A DNA stretch of 63,953 nt, filler included, from Reticulomyxa filosa (GCA_000512085.1; 24 parts of 24 records of this genome joined end to end with filler, not necessarily neighbours in it); one strand, 5' to 3'; counted from the whole stretch's first letter, positions 12,645 through 25,971 are shown. Program-made: numbers and translations. The notes: generated by a model not told the origin, from the letters alone.

Positions 12645-12855
12645 TTAGTGTGCTTGATTTAAATATATTTCAATTTATTAAACACCATGCTTTACCAGCC
12701 AATAATGAAATGGCATTTCATTGCTTTGTATCAAAGTCCGAAAATGAACAAGAAATGAAAGCAAACCAAGAAAAAATTAAACAAATTATCAAATGCTGTT
12801 GTTTAAGAATAGCATGAGATTTATCAATTGGACATGATGAAAATAACAACACTGT
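12645..12855 (+). pseudogene. Inverted fragment of a paralogous Kelch gene
   Basis: VLDLNIFQFIKHHALP..FHCFVSKSENEQ...LSIGHDENNNT is homologous to the minus-strand segment at about 12005-12215. Confidence 0.7.
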
Positions 12856-13752
12856 TCTGCTGATGTAAAATGGAAGATATTGAGCTTTTTTTTTCTCAAG
12901 GGTAGTGAAAGGGGTTTTCAAAAATATTTTGGCAACATGAAAAATAGGATTTTAACAATGCATATGATTTTTTTTAAATGAAGATGAGATATATTTTAAA
13001 AAATTTATTCAGAACTGAGTATGCACATATATCACAAGTTTTTTTCCAAAAAAATTTTCAATAAAATCTTTAATAAGTTTGTATACTCCTTTTTCAAATT
13101 ACTTTATGGTGATCAATTCATTTGTAATAAAGAATAGTATGAAGTTGTTTATAGAATTGAAAAAAAAAATAAATGACAATGAACAAAAATCAAATGGTGA
13201 AATTTATGATTTGGTTCAATTTGTGTTTGGAGATAAACACATGTGAATAATAGCATAGATAAAGTTTGTTTTGAATGAATTTGTTTATTCCCATTTTGTA
13301 ACTTATTCATTAAAAAATCAGGCAAAAATTTAATTGATATGAAATATTTCACCAAACATTTTGCAAAATATTTTAAGGTGACAAGTAGTGCTATTGTATT
13401 TTTTTCTTACAATGATACAATTACATTTATTTATGTGCGATATTCTACCATTGGTCAAATGATTGTATTTTCATTTGATGAGAAGACAGAACGTAAAATT
13501 GGGTAAAGATTTCTGACTTTGTTATTCTCTGAGACATCTGATAATAACTANNNNNNNNNNNNNNNNNNNNNNNNNNNNNNNNNNNNNNNNNNNNTTAATT
13601 AATTAANNNNNNNNNNNNNNNNNNNNNNNNNNNNNNNNNNNNNNNNNNNNTATATATATATAAGATGGAATTGTGTACCACAAACAACAAAATAGATACA
13701 CATTATGCAATTGCAATTGCAATGCAAAAAAAAAAAAAAAAAAACAACATAC

Positions 13753-15290
13753 GGTCCCAAGAAAGAAATGTCTGCATTGATTAAATCGGGTGGCAATGGG
13801 TTCAAGTGCACCAACTGCTTCGAGTTTCTGTCGTAGACGGTTTGGTGGTGGAATGTCCATTTCGCCTTTTGAAACTGTGTGTGATAGTCGGTCGGCACTT
13901 TGATCTTGCCCTCGATCCGCAGCGACCGAATCACCTTGTTGTAGTTGCCGCACTTGGACATCAATTGATGAGCGCGCTTAAAGCCCAGTCCTGGGATTGA
14001 CGCCAAGTAATCGCATCCACTCAATATGCACGTTTCCATAAACATGTCGTGTGTCCAATTCACAAACCTTTTCATATACATATATATATACATATATATA
14101 TATATATATGTATGTGATAATAAGATGCATAATTAAATATTATGTATATATTTTTATATTAATAGCAATATTCAATTGCCATGTCTGCTTTTCTATTTCC
14201 TTTCCTCTCCCCTCCTCCTCCCCCCCCCCCCACCTGTCAAGTTCAGAGTAACAAACTTTGGCGTGTGATTTGTACTAAGGTTCTTGAGCATGATTTCACA
14301 ACCTCTCCCATCCATACGTCTCCATTTGAACAGTACCTATTGTCGCAGTAGCACCTGCCCACATTACACAACAGCGATCACAACAACAAAGAAATCAAAC
14401 GTCTCTCAACTTTTCCAATCCCAAATACCAACAAGTCTGAGTCTTCTGAGATTACTGCCGATATTTGTTTCGTGTGATACAAGTATGCCAATTGAGCATC
14501 TGCTTCGTACGGAGCGACCACAAACTCTACTTTCAATTGTTTCAACTCCTTTTTTTTTTTCCAAAAAAAAAAAGTTAATGTTTTGTGATGTTGGCACCCA
14601 ATACAAAAATCAAATCTCTCTCTCTCTCTTCTTTTTCTTTTCAAAAAAAGTAAAAGGTTGTTTCCTCTGTTCAACATGTCTCTTTCATGTTATCTTTTTC
14701 AAATAGTATGGGAAACGTCCCACCATGATGAGAACACATTGGTTTTGTTTTTTTTTTTTGATAAGAGATATTCTCTCCCCTTTGAAAAAAAAATGAGGGA
14801 AGAAAACACTTCACCCAATCAAACAGCTACGAATTGTGGCTGTTGCTTTTTTTTTTTATTATTGTCTCTTCAAAGTGCTCCTCACCTGAATACAATGATA
14901 GGCCATTTGAGGCGTCACGTCTACTGCTTTGGCGTAGAATTGCAAAGCCTTATCTTTCTTTCCTTCTCGGTCTAGACTCCGTGCAATTTTCAAGTTGTCT
15001 TTACGCTTTTGCGCGCGGTTGTTCTCCGTTGATTGCTTCGATGGCAAGTAGCAACCATCGAAAACGATTATTGGCTTGATGTTGTGATGCAGAAGAACTT
15101 GAACAAGATCAATAAAATAGTCTATATATTTTCGAGTCGGAATGTCGTTGCAAAGTTCGTAGCAACAAGAATAAATCCCTTTGTGAAGCCAACAATAACC
15201 ATCTACTCCCACAAATTGTCCGTTATATTCACCTATGTGCACGTCATGTGTGATGGAAGAAAGATATTTCAAAAGATTTTGAATTCCCAT
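13753..15290 (-). CDS. EXO1: Exonuclease 1 (XPG/FEN1 family), exons 15290-14886, 14548-14411, 14336-14257, 14067-13753; 3'-partial
   Basis: [48 protein letters not shown] and [16 protein letters not shown] (H3TH). The GT-AG splices keep the frame. Confidence 0.95.
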
Positions 15291-15640
15291 GCCTTTTAAA
15301 GCAAGAAAGCACACCAAGAGTTTTTGTTCCGGAACAAATTCACTACTGCTATCGTTTCAAATTATTTTTTCCTTTCAGTTTGTTTTTTTGTTTTTGGACA
15401 CCTTATTGTAAACTAAATTTTAACTCAATGTATAAGTTAATAATTTCTTGTATAGTGGTTTGTTTGCGAGAATTTACATGAATAAAGGTACCAGAACCGT
15501 TTGCAATTTTTGCGGGATTATATTTGCAACAAAAAGCAGTGATTAGCAAAAGACAATATATTTTCGGAGAAGAAAAACGAGGCGACAGTAAATAACAAAA
15601 AGTTCAATAAGAGAGGCATTATATTTATTTGGCATCAAAC

Positions 15641-16503
15641 ATGTTGTCTTCTTTCTTTAATTCACGCCCCACTTCCACGAAGGGAAAAGAAGAGACGATA
15701 AAGTTCAGCATGTTCAAGCAAAAATTGAAGGACGAGAAGATAGAGCTGCCGAAGCAGGAACAAAAGCGGTTGTTCCAAAAGAATTTATCAGGACTTCGTC
15801 ATATGACATTATCAAAGTGTGAAGAAATAATAAAGCATTTGAAGATGGAGCAGAATCAGCGTCAAAGCAAGCACTCGAAACAAGCAGCGAAGGGTAGTTC
15901 GATGGGAGCAGACAAAGGAGTGCCGGACCAGATAGCAAAGGGTGGAAATGAGATGAAGCATAGTGCAAGCATGCGAAATGGCGTAGTGGAAGATAATGCG
16001 AACAAAGGCACAGAAAACAAAAAGAAGAAGTTTGGGATGGATATGAACCACGAGATATTTGGTGAAGCGCAGTCAACAACGACGCCCAAGTCTGCGATGT
16101 CGTCGTCTGTAGACAATAACAACAACAATAACAACAACAGTAATAACAGCAATAACAACAACAACGGATCAAATGACTCCCACTTTTCAAAGCTGTCTTC
16201 GCAATTCATTTGCGGAACGACACGACGACACAAACCCCCGTTGCACTCGAAGCATAAGAACGACGAGTACCACCCCCAAAAAAAGAGAAGAAAGAGCAGC
16301 CACAACAGTGGCGGTGGCAACAGCAGCAGTAGCTGCAGTAGTAGTAGCAGCAGCGTCTATCGAGCAGGGCCGACCACCACCACCACCACCACCACTACTT
16401 CCAAAATCCAACATAAGAATCCCACCAAACATAAACAGTTTTCCAAGCCGATTCTTTCTTTGCAGTCCAACTCATCTACCAATGTCAACGATCTTTACTC
16501 ACC
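15641..16503 (+). CDS. Hypothetical low-complexity protein (poly-N/S/T), first exon, partial
   Basis: Long open frame with higher GC than the flanks and AAC/AGC/ACC triplet runs. Divergent from EXO1 (about 350 bp). Confidence 0.6.
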
Positions 16504-16756
16504 AGTTATTTATAATAACAGAAAAAAAAAAAAAAAAGCACTTTTTTATTAATTTTTTTAGTACGTATACATATACACATATACATATATACATATACAT
16601 ATATATATATATATATATNNNNNNNNNNNNNNNNNNNNNNNNNNNNNNNNNNNNNNNNNNNNTTAATTAATTAANNNNNNNNNNNNNNNNNNNNNNNNNN
16701 NNNNNNNNNNNNNNNNNNTTTTTTTTTTTTTTTTTTTTTGAAAAAAAAAAAAAAGG

Positions 16757-17584
16757 TATCTATTGTTCTTAACTCGAATTGAAGTGACATTTCGTGGAAC
16801 TTGCTACGAGTACTCGAAAAGAACGGTAATGGCGTTCAAAGCATCTGTGGTTTTAATATATGGCTCGATGGGAGCTACAATAATAATTGGCGTTGTAATT
16901 GCACTTGTTTATGACAGCGCCGACCTCACTCTGGACCATGCATTTGTTCAAATGCTGGTCTTGACCATTTTGTTTGTACTAGATTTTTGTAGCGGCATTT
17001 GGCTGATCTATTTGTTCACGTGCAGACTCTATCAACTGCTTAAACACTCGTATGAAGAAACATATCGTGCTCAATTGGAGTTACGACAATATAAGAAGAA
17101 GAAGAACAACATAACCAATGTACAAATGGAACATTCCTCTCGTTTGCATACTCCCACTACTATTGCTACTCCTACTCCTACTATTATTGCTACCATTACT
17201 ATGGATAGTACCTTTCGCAAAACAACAGTCCCCTTTCAGTCGACTGAAGTTGACATGCTTAAGACGATCACGAAATACACACTTTTGAATGGGCTTTGTG
17301 TCACCACGAAAACTTTGATTGAGATGTTGTTAGGGGCCATGTCGATCGCACATCACAAAGGCCGTTACTTGGCATTTGGAGTTGTTGCAAATGTCGGAGT
17401 TTGCGCTATCTTATGGGCCATGTATTTTCAAACTTCTTTTGGAAAAAACCTTTATGACACACATTGTCAACTATGTCATACCAAATTACAAGAATGCGTC
17501 GGAAGGTTCTCTAAAGAGCGAATTAAAACTGAAATAAATCTATCTAGAAGTGGGCCCGATGTCAGTACTTCACAAAACTTATAA
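16757..17584 (+). CDS. Multi-pass membrane protein (GPCR-like), last exon
   Basis: Four hydrophobic helices with a long cytoplasmic loop and a C-terminal LYDTHCQLCH. The architecture resembles 37448-38916. Confidence 0.6.
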   Translation, partial: YLLFLTRIEVTFRGTCYEYSKRTVMAFKASVVLIYGSMGATIIIGVVIALVYDSADLTLDHAFVQMLVLTILFVLDFCSGIWLIYLFTCRLYQLLKHSYEETYRAQLELRQYKKKKNNITNVQMEHSSRLHTPTTIATPTPTIIATITMDSTFRKTTVPFQSTEVDMLKTITKYTLLNGLCVTTKTLIEMLLGAMSIAHHKGRYLAFGVVANVGVCAILWAMYFQTSFGKNLYDTHCQLCHTKLQECVGRFSKERIKTEINLSRSGPDVSTSQNL

Positions 17585-17930
17585 CTTGTGTATAGAGCAA
17601 TTGGTGTATTTTTTTTTTTTTTTTGGTATACAAATGCAAGGATTTATTCAGTTCAATCATTGTTAATTTCTTCTTCTCTTTCTGTAAAAGTGCTTTAGTT
17701 TTTTTTTTGTTGTTGTCGTTTCGGTCGAAGATAGCCTAGTTTGCATCAGTTTGAACTAAACATTTTTTTTTTTAAGAAAGTTCATAAAAGTTTGAACTCA
17801 AAAATAATCCCCTTGAATAAGTTACTTTAAAAAATTTGCAGATTTTGATCAAAGTGCCAATTTGGCCCTTTTTTTTTTTGTTTTTTTTTTTTTTTTTGAT
17901 TAAACAATGCTAACACAATGTTCAAACTTG

Positions 17931-19104
17931 TCATTTGATTTTTTTTTCTTGTTCTTCTTCTTTCCATTCGCAATGGCCGAATTTTGTCTGTGGAAAATCC
18001 ACCGCCTTTTCAATATCGTGTTTCGGCCAAAACCATTGACATAGCCACAGTGCGATAACGTCGACAATGATCATAAATGCAAAAAATTTCCCACTGATGG
18101 GACCAATGTTGTAATACAGTTTGACACGTTCTAACAATGATGTCTTCCGAGCAGATTCCCTCGCCTGCAGGGATTTGTAATACACCGTCTCCGTCCTTTC
18201 CGCCACATTTTGCCAACTGTATATGATGTTGATTTTTTTTTTGCATTGCAAAAAAAGGATGTTCACCAATCCTTTGCGGATATGTGCAAAAGATTAAGCT
18301 CCCTTTTTTTTATTTTATTTGTTTTATTTATGATTTGCAAAAAAAAACATGCAAAGAGAAAGGGGGCAAGAATTTTTTTTTTTTTTTTTTTTGGGACAAT
18401 CAATTAAAAAAAAAAAATAAAAAAAATAAACCTGTACATTGCACGCATTTGCGAATAAACTTGGGCTCGATTAACATATTTGAGTTTTGGAATGGCCTCA
18501 CAAACAGCCTTAATCATAGCCTGAGGTTCAGGCTCTCCAAGCGTCATCAAATGGTCCGGAAGGACTTCAGGAATGCCCCCAACTCGGGTGCTTACCACGT
18601 GAAGCCCACAACAAGCCTTGTCAAATAATTACAGCAACAATAGGGACATTTCACAATTAATTAATTAATTAATTAATTAATTAATTAATTATAAAACGTT
18701 TATATGTACAAATATAAATTTTTTTTTTTTTAAATGTACGTATACGTATATACATACATGTATGTACACATATATACATATATGTATATGTATATGTATA
18801 TAAAGCAATAGAACTGCTTCAATAATGGCAATGCAAAAAGCTTCGGTTAAACTGCAATTTAAGAACAAATGTCCCCGTATCAAGACATTGCGTACGTCAC
18901 TGTGTTGAACTGACCCGCGCATTTCAACACGTTGCTGCAATTCGTATTTTTCGATCATTTCTTCCATCACCAGTCGATGGGGCCCATCACCGCCAATGAT
19001 GAAGTGCACTTTCGGAAACAGCCGACAAATCTCTGGGATTATCTGTGTGGCAAGGCCCATGCCTTTGCGATAAGCCAGTCGGCTGATCATTACAATATTT
19101 ATCC
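17931..19104 (-). CDS. PIGA: GPI-GlcNAc transferase catalytic subunit PIG-A/Gpi3, exons 19104-18815, 18616-18432, 18216-17931; 5'-partial
   Basis: ISRLAYRKG, FIIGGDGP, FLNCSLTEAFCIAIIEA|ACCGLHVVSTRVGGIPEVLP and YSWQNVAERTETVY, plus a C-terminal TM helix. Confidence 0.95.
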
Positions 19105-19105
19105 C

Positions 19106-19138
<33 letters not shown>

Positions 19139-19754
19139 NNNNNNNNNNNNNNNNNNNNNNNNNNNNNNNNNNNNNNNNNNNNTTAATTAATTAANNNNNN
19201 NNNNNNNNNNNNNNNNNNNNNNNNNNNNNNNNNNNNNNTAAGATATGTTTTATGCGTTCAGTTTTCTTTGCAACTTAATGTAATAAACTGCAACTAATAG
19301 TGTAATCAGGTGTAATGGTATTTGATTTATGATTACATCAATATATATTTTTTATTTCTTTAATTTGTATGTATTTTGTAATATTTCATTCTTTACAATA
19401 ATTCTTTGGCTTGAAAGTTTTATTTCAATTGTATTTACTGTTTTTTTGAATATCACTCAGATTTGCATTTTATAATGTAAAGTGTTGTTTTGTACTTTAC
19501 GTTAAGTCAATATTATAAATACAAAGTTCTAAGTGAATCCTATAGCACCCGTGGGTTATAAAAGATATTTTGCTGTCTATCTTGCAAATACATTCACTGT
19601 TTTTTTTTTAAAGAGCAATTGATGTTCAATTTCTGGGATCAGAAAATCTTTAGCATTAAAAGTATTTTTTCACTGGATCGAAGAACACAAGAAAACTTTG
19701 AATTTGGCATGATAAAAAAACAAAGGATCAATTTTTTTTTGTTTTAGACAATTA

Positions 19755-20693
19755 TTAGCTTGAGTCCTGAGAAGCATTGGCATTCCACAAACTAGGAATC
19801 CAATAAAGAGTTTCTTTGCCCTGATCATTTTGGTCATCAGTCCATACCATGCCCTCTTGCAACATTAGCTCCAAGACCTCTTTAATTCTGTGTTCGGGCC
19901 ACCCCAAGTTTTTTTTAATATCAGGCACAGTAGTACAAGCAGTGTTGCTGCACACCCCTAAAATAGCAGAATGGTCGCGATTCAATTCCACAGGAACAGA
20001 TTTGACCATTGTTTTGTCTCCGACTGTGATCAGTCCAAATCCATTTCCTAATGATTTGACTTTTGAAATGGCTTGTTTGATATCATCCCTACGTTCAGTA
20101 TCCCCCCATCAAAAAAAAAAAACCCTATGCAATGCTGACCATACATGTTGTATTACTCTATCGAAAGAAAACTAACAAGGAAACCGCAGAAGATTGCTTG
20201 GATCTCTTTTCTTGCACTTTGTGGGACAATTCGTAAATGTCAATAAGTCCTCCATTGACGTTTCTTGTTTGCAAACACACAGTGACGATTTGAACACTAA
20301 GCTCGTAGTAAAAGTCTCCCACACCCAGAATATCTGCCCAAAAACCTTTATTACTGGCCAATGGGTCCACGCCAATCTTTAAACACATGTCGTTAAATTG
20401 AGCTCGGAATGCTGGATCTTTGTTGATCTCTTTTTTATGCTTACGTGCAAACTCTTCCAGCTTTTCTTTAAAAGTGGACAGCGATTGTCTCATTTCCGCT
20501 ATTTTAGCTTCTTGGATTTGCGCGCCTGTCTCCTTTGCCGAAGCCTGTTGCAATATATATCCTTTTAGTTCTGTTTTACTAGCTTTTTTGAAACAAGTCG
20601 CAAAAAAAAAATTAAAATATAGCCACACTCAACGGCAAATCTTTGTTGACGTTGATGTCCACGGACTCCAACACCTGTTCGACGAAGTGCCAT
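19755..20693 (-). CDS. SNF8: ESCRT-II subunit VPS22/SNF8, exons 20693-20634, 20544-20177, 20088-19755
   Basis: MALRRTGVG, FARKHKKEINKDPAFRAQFNDMCLKIGVDPLASNKGFW, LGVGDFYYELSVQIV, SVPVELNRDH and GMVWTDDQ...YWIPSL. Confidence 0.95.
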
Positions 20694-21286
20694 TTTTATT
20701 TGATCTTTTATATTAAACCCACGTAAAAAAAAAATGTGGGCACGACCCTTCAGGACTTCCAAAAGCTTTTTTGCCAGCTTTGCGTCTAACAGGTTCAACG
20801 GACATTGCTCTTTGTAATGGAGCTGAAAAAGAAGAAAACGATTACTTTGATATTATTACAATGAAATTACAAGTTAAAAATATGCGTTCATATGATTTTT
20901 AAGAATGAGCACTTTTGCTTTCTTCTAATCTTTTTAAATGTTCTTATTTCTTTGTGTTATTATCATTTACGATTGTTGTGCTGATGTACATAATGAAATT
21001 TAATTGTTTCTTAAACAAGGTCAGCAGGGAAATACTTTCGCAAAATTTCGTATCAACTCCATCACAGATCTGTCATTTGTGTGGTGAAATTGGATTGTTG
21101 CTATTTTTTATATCGCTAACTTTTCAAAAGCAACAATTGTCTTTTCTGTGTGTTTAAATATTTTCAGCTTGAAAGATTCCACGTCTACGCACCAATGATG
21201 ACGACAGTGCCACAAGAATACATTTCTGTAGTACCTGTTCCCTAAGAACTGTTCACAACAAGATGTCCAAAAAAAAAATCATATAA

Positions 21287-22620
21287 ATGCTTTCTTCTGA
21301 CATATCATCCCCAAAAATGAACCAAGAGACAGATGACGGGCATTCCTTCTTTGTAAGCTTGTCTTTAAGGAGCCCAAAGATAATTCATCAAATCTGCCGC
21401 TTGTTAGATTTGGCTTCACTGCAAAGCGTGAAGCGTGCATGTAAAACGACGTACAAAACGGTTCAAAAAAGCCCGAGCGAATGTGTCAGTCACCTGTCAT
21501 ATGTATTTCCGAATCCGTGGATGAAGCGGCACTATCTGCAATTAGAAAGTTCGAACAACGTGTTTGCAAACTTTACAACAATTGAGGATTTGACAATCCA
21601 CTTTCGAAAACCCGACTGTCTCAATAGGATCGTGAGCGAAGAGAAGGGCGAAGAGCCGTCTCTAACGGAATCACAAATGGACCGTCCAAGAAAAAAAGGG
21701 GACGGTTATCAAGTTAAAAGCGTCGCAACAAAAATGAGGATCGACAAAATAAGGAATGAAAAAAAAAATAAAAAATAAAAAATAGTTGATGGAAGACGAA
21801 GTGACGACGGAAGAAAAAAGTATGACTGAGCAAAAAGAAAAGAACGACAAGGGCAAAAATAAGAAGGAAATGAGTTTATTTTGTCAAAGCATAATGAATC
21901 AATGGAGCGAAAAGTTTAAATCCGTGAGACGATTGGAGATTATATTCACGGACGCAAACTTCAACTGCGACGTGCTTTGCACTGTTTTGAGTCCTATATT
22001 GCGTCGAGTCGGGCATTTGAGTTTGTTCCGATTGCGCCAGTATCGCAAAAGTCACGAAATGACCCATCGAGATTTGGATCGACTTTATTTCCCTGGAGGT
22101 TACAACTACGTATACATTTTTTTTTTTGAGAAATGGGCCGAAATTGATTGCACTATATATTTATATGTACATATTTATATGCATATGCATATATGTATGT
22201 ATATGTATATATATGTGCAACATAATAAAATAAAAGGTGCGACGATATTGAAACAATGCGTGAACGTAGAGAGCCTGACGACGAACTACCCTTTCAGTGG
22301 CGATTACTACCCTGTGATGAGAAGCAGTGAGAAATTGCGACAGGTGTATCGACTGCAGCTGAACGAGTGCGCATGCTATAACCCGCAGCAATCAGTGCAC
22401 GCGCAGAACATTGTCGCCATAACGCCGACGATAACCGTGGTCTCCACGGTCAAGCTGCAGTTGTCGCTGTTGAAGTTTTTCAGTCCACAGATGACCAGTT
22501 TGCATTTGCATGGGTCACGTGGCCTGCAACGAATGGACCTGTTGTGGTCCAGTTTTGAGTTGGGTATCGACTTTGACAGAAAGAAGATAACCACAAAATA
22601 TATATGTATATATGTATATA
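21287..22620 (+). CDS. F-box-like/LRR-like hypothetical protein, multi-exon, partial
   Basis: PKIIHQICRLLDLASLQSVKRACK is F-box-like. Later LxxLxL patterns occur (VRRLEI, VGHLSL, MTSLHL). Confidence 0.45.
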
Positions 22621-22831
22621 NNNNNNNNNNNNNNNNNNNNNNNNNNNNNNNNNNNNNNNNNNNNTTAATTAATTAANNNNNNNNNNNNNNNNNNNNNNNN
22701 NNNNNNNNNNNNNNNNNNNNATATAAATATAAAATATAAATATAAAATATAAATATAAATAAATATATACACATATATTTATTTATATTTATATTTATTT
22801 ACTAATTTATGTATACGTATACATTAACAGA

Positions 22832-23371
22832 GCTTATTTGGATTCTTATCACGTGCTCATTCACCAAAAGCCCTAACTGACTATTGTGCTGTGTTGACGG
22901 CATTTTTAGCGAACAATCCGAGAAACCTGATGGATATGGCCAGAATTGGAGGATATGAGATTCTTGGACATGTGTTGAAACAAAAGTACAAATTGCTAAC
23001 ATCGGAGTTGATCCCGGTGTTGACAGCAATGGTAACAAACTCCATTCCGCCGATCATTGAGCAGCATTTAGTGAAAAGTCCAAACTGCACTCGGAAGGTG
23101 CGGATCACCAATCCTCAGGTGGCGTTGTACAGTCATGTAGGGGATCCGCAGCTGTCGTACAAGAAGCGCATCTATCATGCCACGAACAATATGGACGAGC
23201 TGGGCACATTTGATTACTCACCGAAAAATGACATGTTATCATTGGATTATATCCGTTACGGCGGTGACACCCGTTTGTACAAGACGTCGCTGCATCAAAT
23301 GGATATGAAGGAGCGCAATTACGGCCATGGCAGCGAAAACAATGGCGACAACGACGACGACGACGACGACG

Positions 23372-23405
<34 letters not shown>

Positions 23406-24232
23406 CGACGGAGACGACAACGACGACGAAGTGTTGTCATTGGGATTTCAGTATAGCCAAGAGCAGCAAAAAGGGTCGTCTTTGATGGAGTTGCCGATGA
23501 TTGTGGAGAGGATCAGTTTGCAGAGGAAGCGAAAGATGGAGGGTGTTCGTGATGAAGAAAAAGTGTATGATTTTTGGAGTGCGACCGAGCAGAGGGTGGA
23601 AGACAAGACGCTGTTAGCTAACACGTTAGCAATGAAATATATTGTATTGGATTACGACATTTGGAGTCAGGTGTCGACAACAGTCCAGCACAGTCTATTT
23701 GGATGGCTGAAAAAATTTTGCATGAGCGGTCCGACGTTAGCCGAAATGAAGGACCTGCACAACACTTTACGCTATCGTCAGATCAGCAATGACAGTCACT
23801 TCTCGCGATTCACGCAAACCACAGCCACGTCGAGTTCCACAGGCACAGTCACCGTCGCAGGTGCAACCACAGCCACAACAGCGATATCGACCACAGCTCC
23901 AAGCTCATACTCGAATTTGAACTCCGTCTCAAACATTGCCACGAAACCTCACAGGACCGATGTAAGGAAATGGAATGCCATGAGGCTGCGAGATTTGGAG
24001 GTGATGGACGACATTCTATATACGTTGCGACACCCTCAGGCCGACGACAGGACCAAGTTCAGTATGTATCAATTGACCGAGCGTTTGGTGATGGAAAGTC
24101 TCGGCGAAGAAGAGTTGAATCTGATTGCCGGATTCATGGTGGACAATGCTATTGGACTTAATAACGAGTACAATCAATATCGTCTTCAATTGCAGCAACA
24201 ACAACAACAACAACAGCAACAACAACAACAGC

Positions 24233-24267
<35 letters not shown>

Positions 24268-25591
24268 ATACAAAGTCAGGATGATTTTGCTCACAAAATG
24301 TCGAGAGAACAGCTCCTTTCCTCGTCTTCGAACAAGTCTCCACCTAAAACTACTCTTCACAAGCCCAGCCAATCCGGAGTCTGGAAACTCAAATGCAACG
24401 ACTTGCAACCTGAAACTGCCTGCAAAAATGGTGACGCCATTGTCGAGTTTATGAACATCTTTTATATTTATATTTACAACAACAATGTGTCGTCAAAGAT
24501 GTCTATCGATGCTGACCCGGACATGAACGTCGATATCGACGTCGCTGCCGCTGCTGACGTCCATGTTGGTGATATGGACAAAAACAAAGACTTGATACGA
24601 AATAGTGGTCGAAGGTCGTCCTTGCCTTCTCCACGCAGGCATGGTCACATATTGATTGACCCAAGGTTTGAGTCCAACTTTAACCAAATCTGCCGAAAAC
24701 TTAATATTTTATGGTTTGCTAAATTTTTGTCTTCTGGAGTCGGCGCACAAGTCCATCGAGCGTCGTTGTGTGTACTGACAAAGTTGATGATTATGTCCAG
24801 TGATTATATGAATACTTTTCAAGTTTATTCAAAAAAAAAAAAAAATTATATACATATATATGTACATATATATGTATGTATTATGAAATGTTATAAACCG
24901 ATATATGGTGTTTGATTTGTAAAAGGAAATGAGTGGTTTTCAAATCCTCGCCAGATTATTGCCCCATTTGGAGCCACATCCACGTGTTTGGATGTTTTTG
25001 TTTAGCTTGGTATGTGGAAAGAGCCCTCGCAAATGTGGCGCGGTAAACACGCGACCACAGCTGCCCTTTACTTGGCAAACCTTGGACGATCTGTTCTTTG
25101 TGTCAAAGACGAACAACTTTCAGTCGAAATATATCCAACCCGCATTGGGCCTGCTGCTGTCGATGATTTGCGATTACGTGCAGCGATTTGCCGAGGGAGA
25201 CAATGTCGACATTGGATTTGGAGTGGTCGCGGTCATGTTTTTGCAGCATTGCTTAAAACACAACAAAATCATTCGAGATGAATTTTTAAAGGACGAAAGC
25301 ACCCATCTCGAGTTTTTTGTGTCCATTCTTTTTGACATTGCTCAAGCCAAGCTGGCCAACAAGTGGGCTCTTCGCACTGCCCGATCTCGGTCCCTCTATT
25401 TGTCCTCCAATCCTATGTCCGAGTTGGATCGTGTCCTCGGAACGCTTCTGTCCGATGTTTTGGAAGAGCGAATTCGAAAGCAGAAATTCCATCCTTTGTT
25501 TCAGCGTATTTTACGAGTTTACCACATCTACACGCTTTTTATATGTACATATAAATAACCAATACGTTTTGTTTATACACGCCACATACTT

Positions 25592-25623
<32 letters not shown>

Positions 25624-25790
25624 ATCGTTGAAAAAGGCAATTCCATACCAGCGAACAAAAAAAAATCAAAAAAGTGATACGCAACAACACGACAAACTGA
25701 CACGACTGTATTGCGTTAAGGTAGTGTCCAGCCACTTGCGCAAGTTGCAAGAAATGATAAAAACAAGTATGTATGATCGTTTCATTAAAT
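22832..25790 (+). CDS. BEACH-family (WDFY3/LvsA/neurobeachin-like) protein, internal ARM-like region
   Basis: FLANNPRNLMDMARIGGYEILGHVLKQK, LLANTLAMKYIVLDYDIWS and SGFQILARLLP resemble the armadillo region upstream of BEACH domains. Poly-D/N/Q insertions are present. Confidence 0.6.
24192..24267 (+). repeat. (CAA/CAG)n microsatellite encoding poly-Gln
   Basis: About 25 consecutive Gln codons. Confidence 0.95.
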
Positions 25791-25837
25791 CTGTTTTTAT
25801 GTTTTGTCACACAAACATATACACTATATATATACAT

Positions 25838-25871
<34 letters not shown>

Positions 25872-25971
25872 NNNNNNNNNNNNNNNNNNNNNNNNNNNNN
25901 NNNNNNNNNNNNNNNTTAATTAATTAANNNNNNNNNNNNNNNNNNNNNNNNNNNNNNNNNNNNNNNNNNNN

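Noticed and set aside
15714-16670. Poly-Cys/poly-Leu/poly-Val ORFs (also at 23105, 24016, 46435, 51984)
   Set aside because: They are antisense or off-frame translations of AAC/CAA/GAC microsatellites in real genes.
18657-18690. (TTAA)n run resembling the linker
   Set aside because: It has no N flanks and lies inside a PIG-A intron, so it is a natural microsatellite and not a contig junction.
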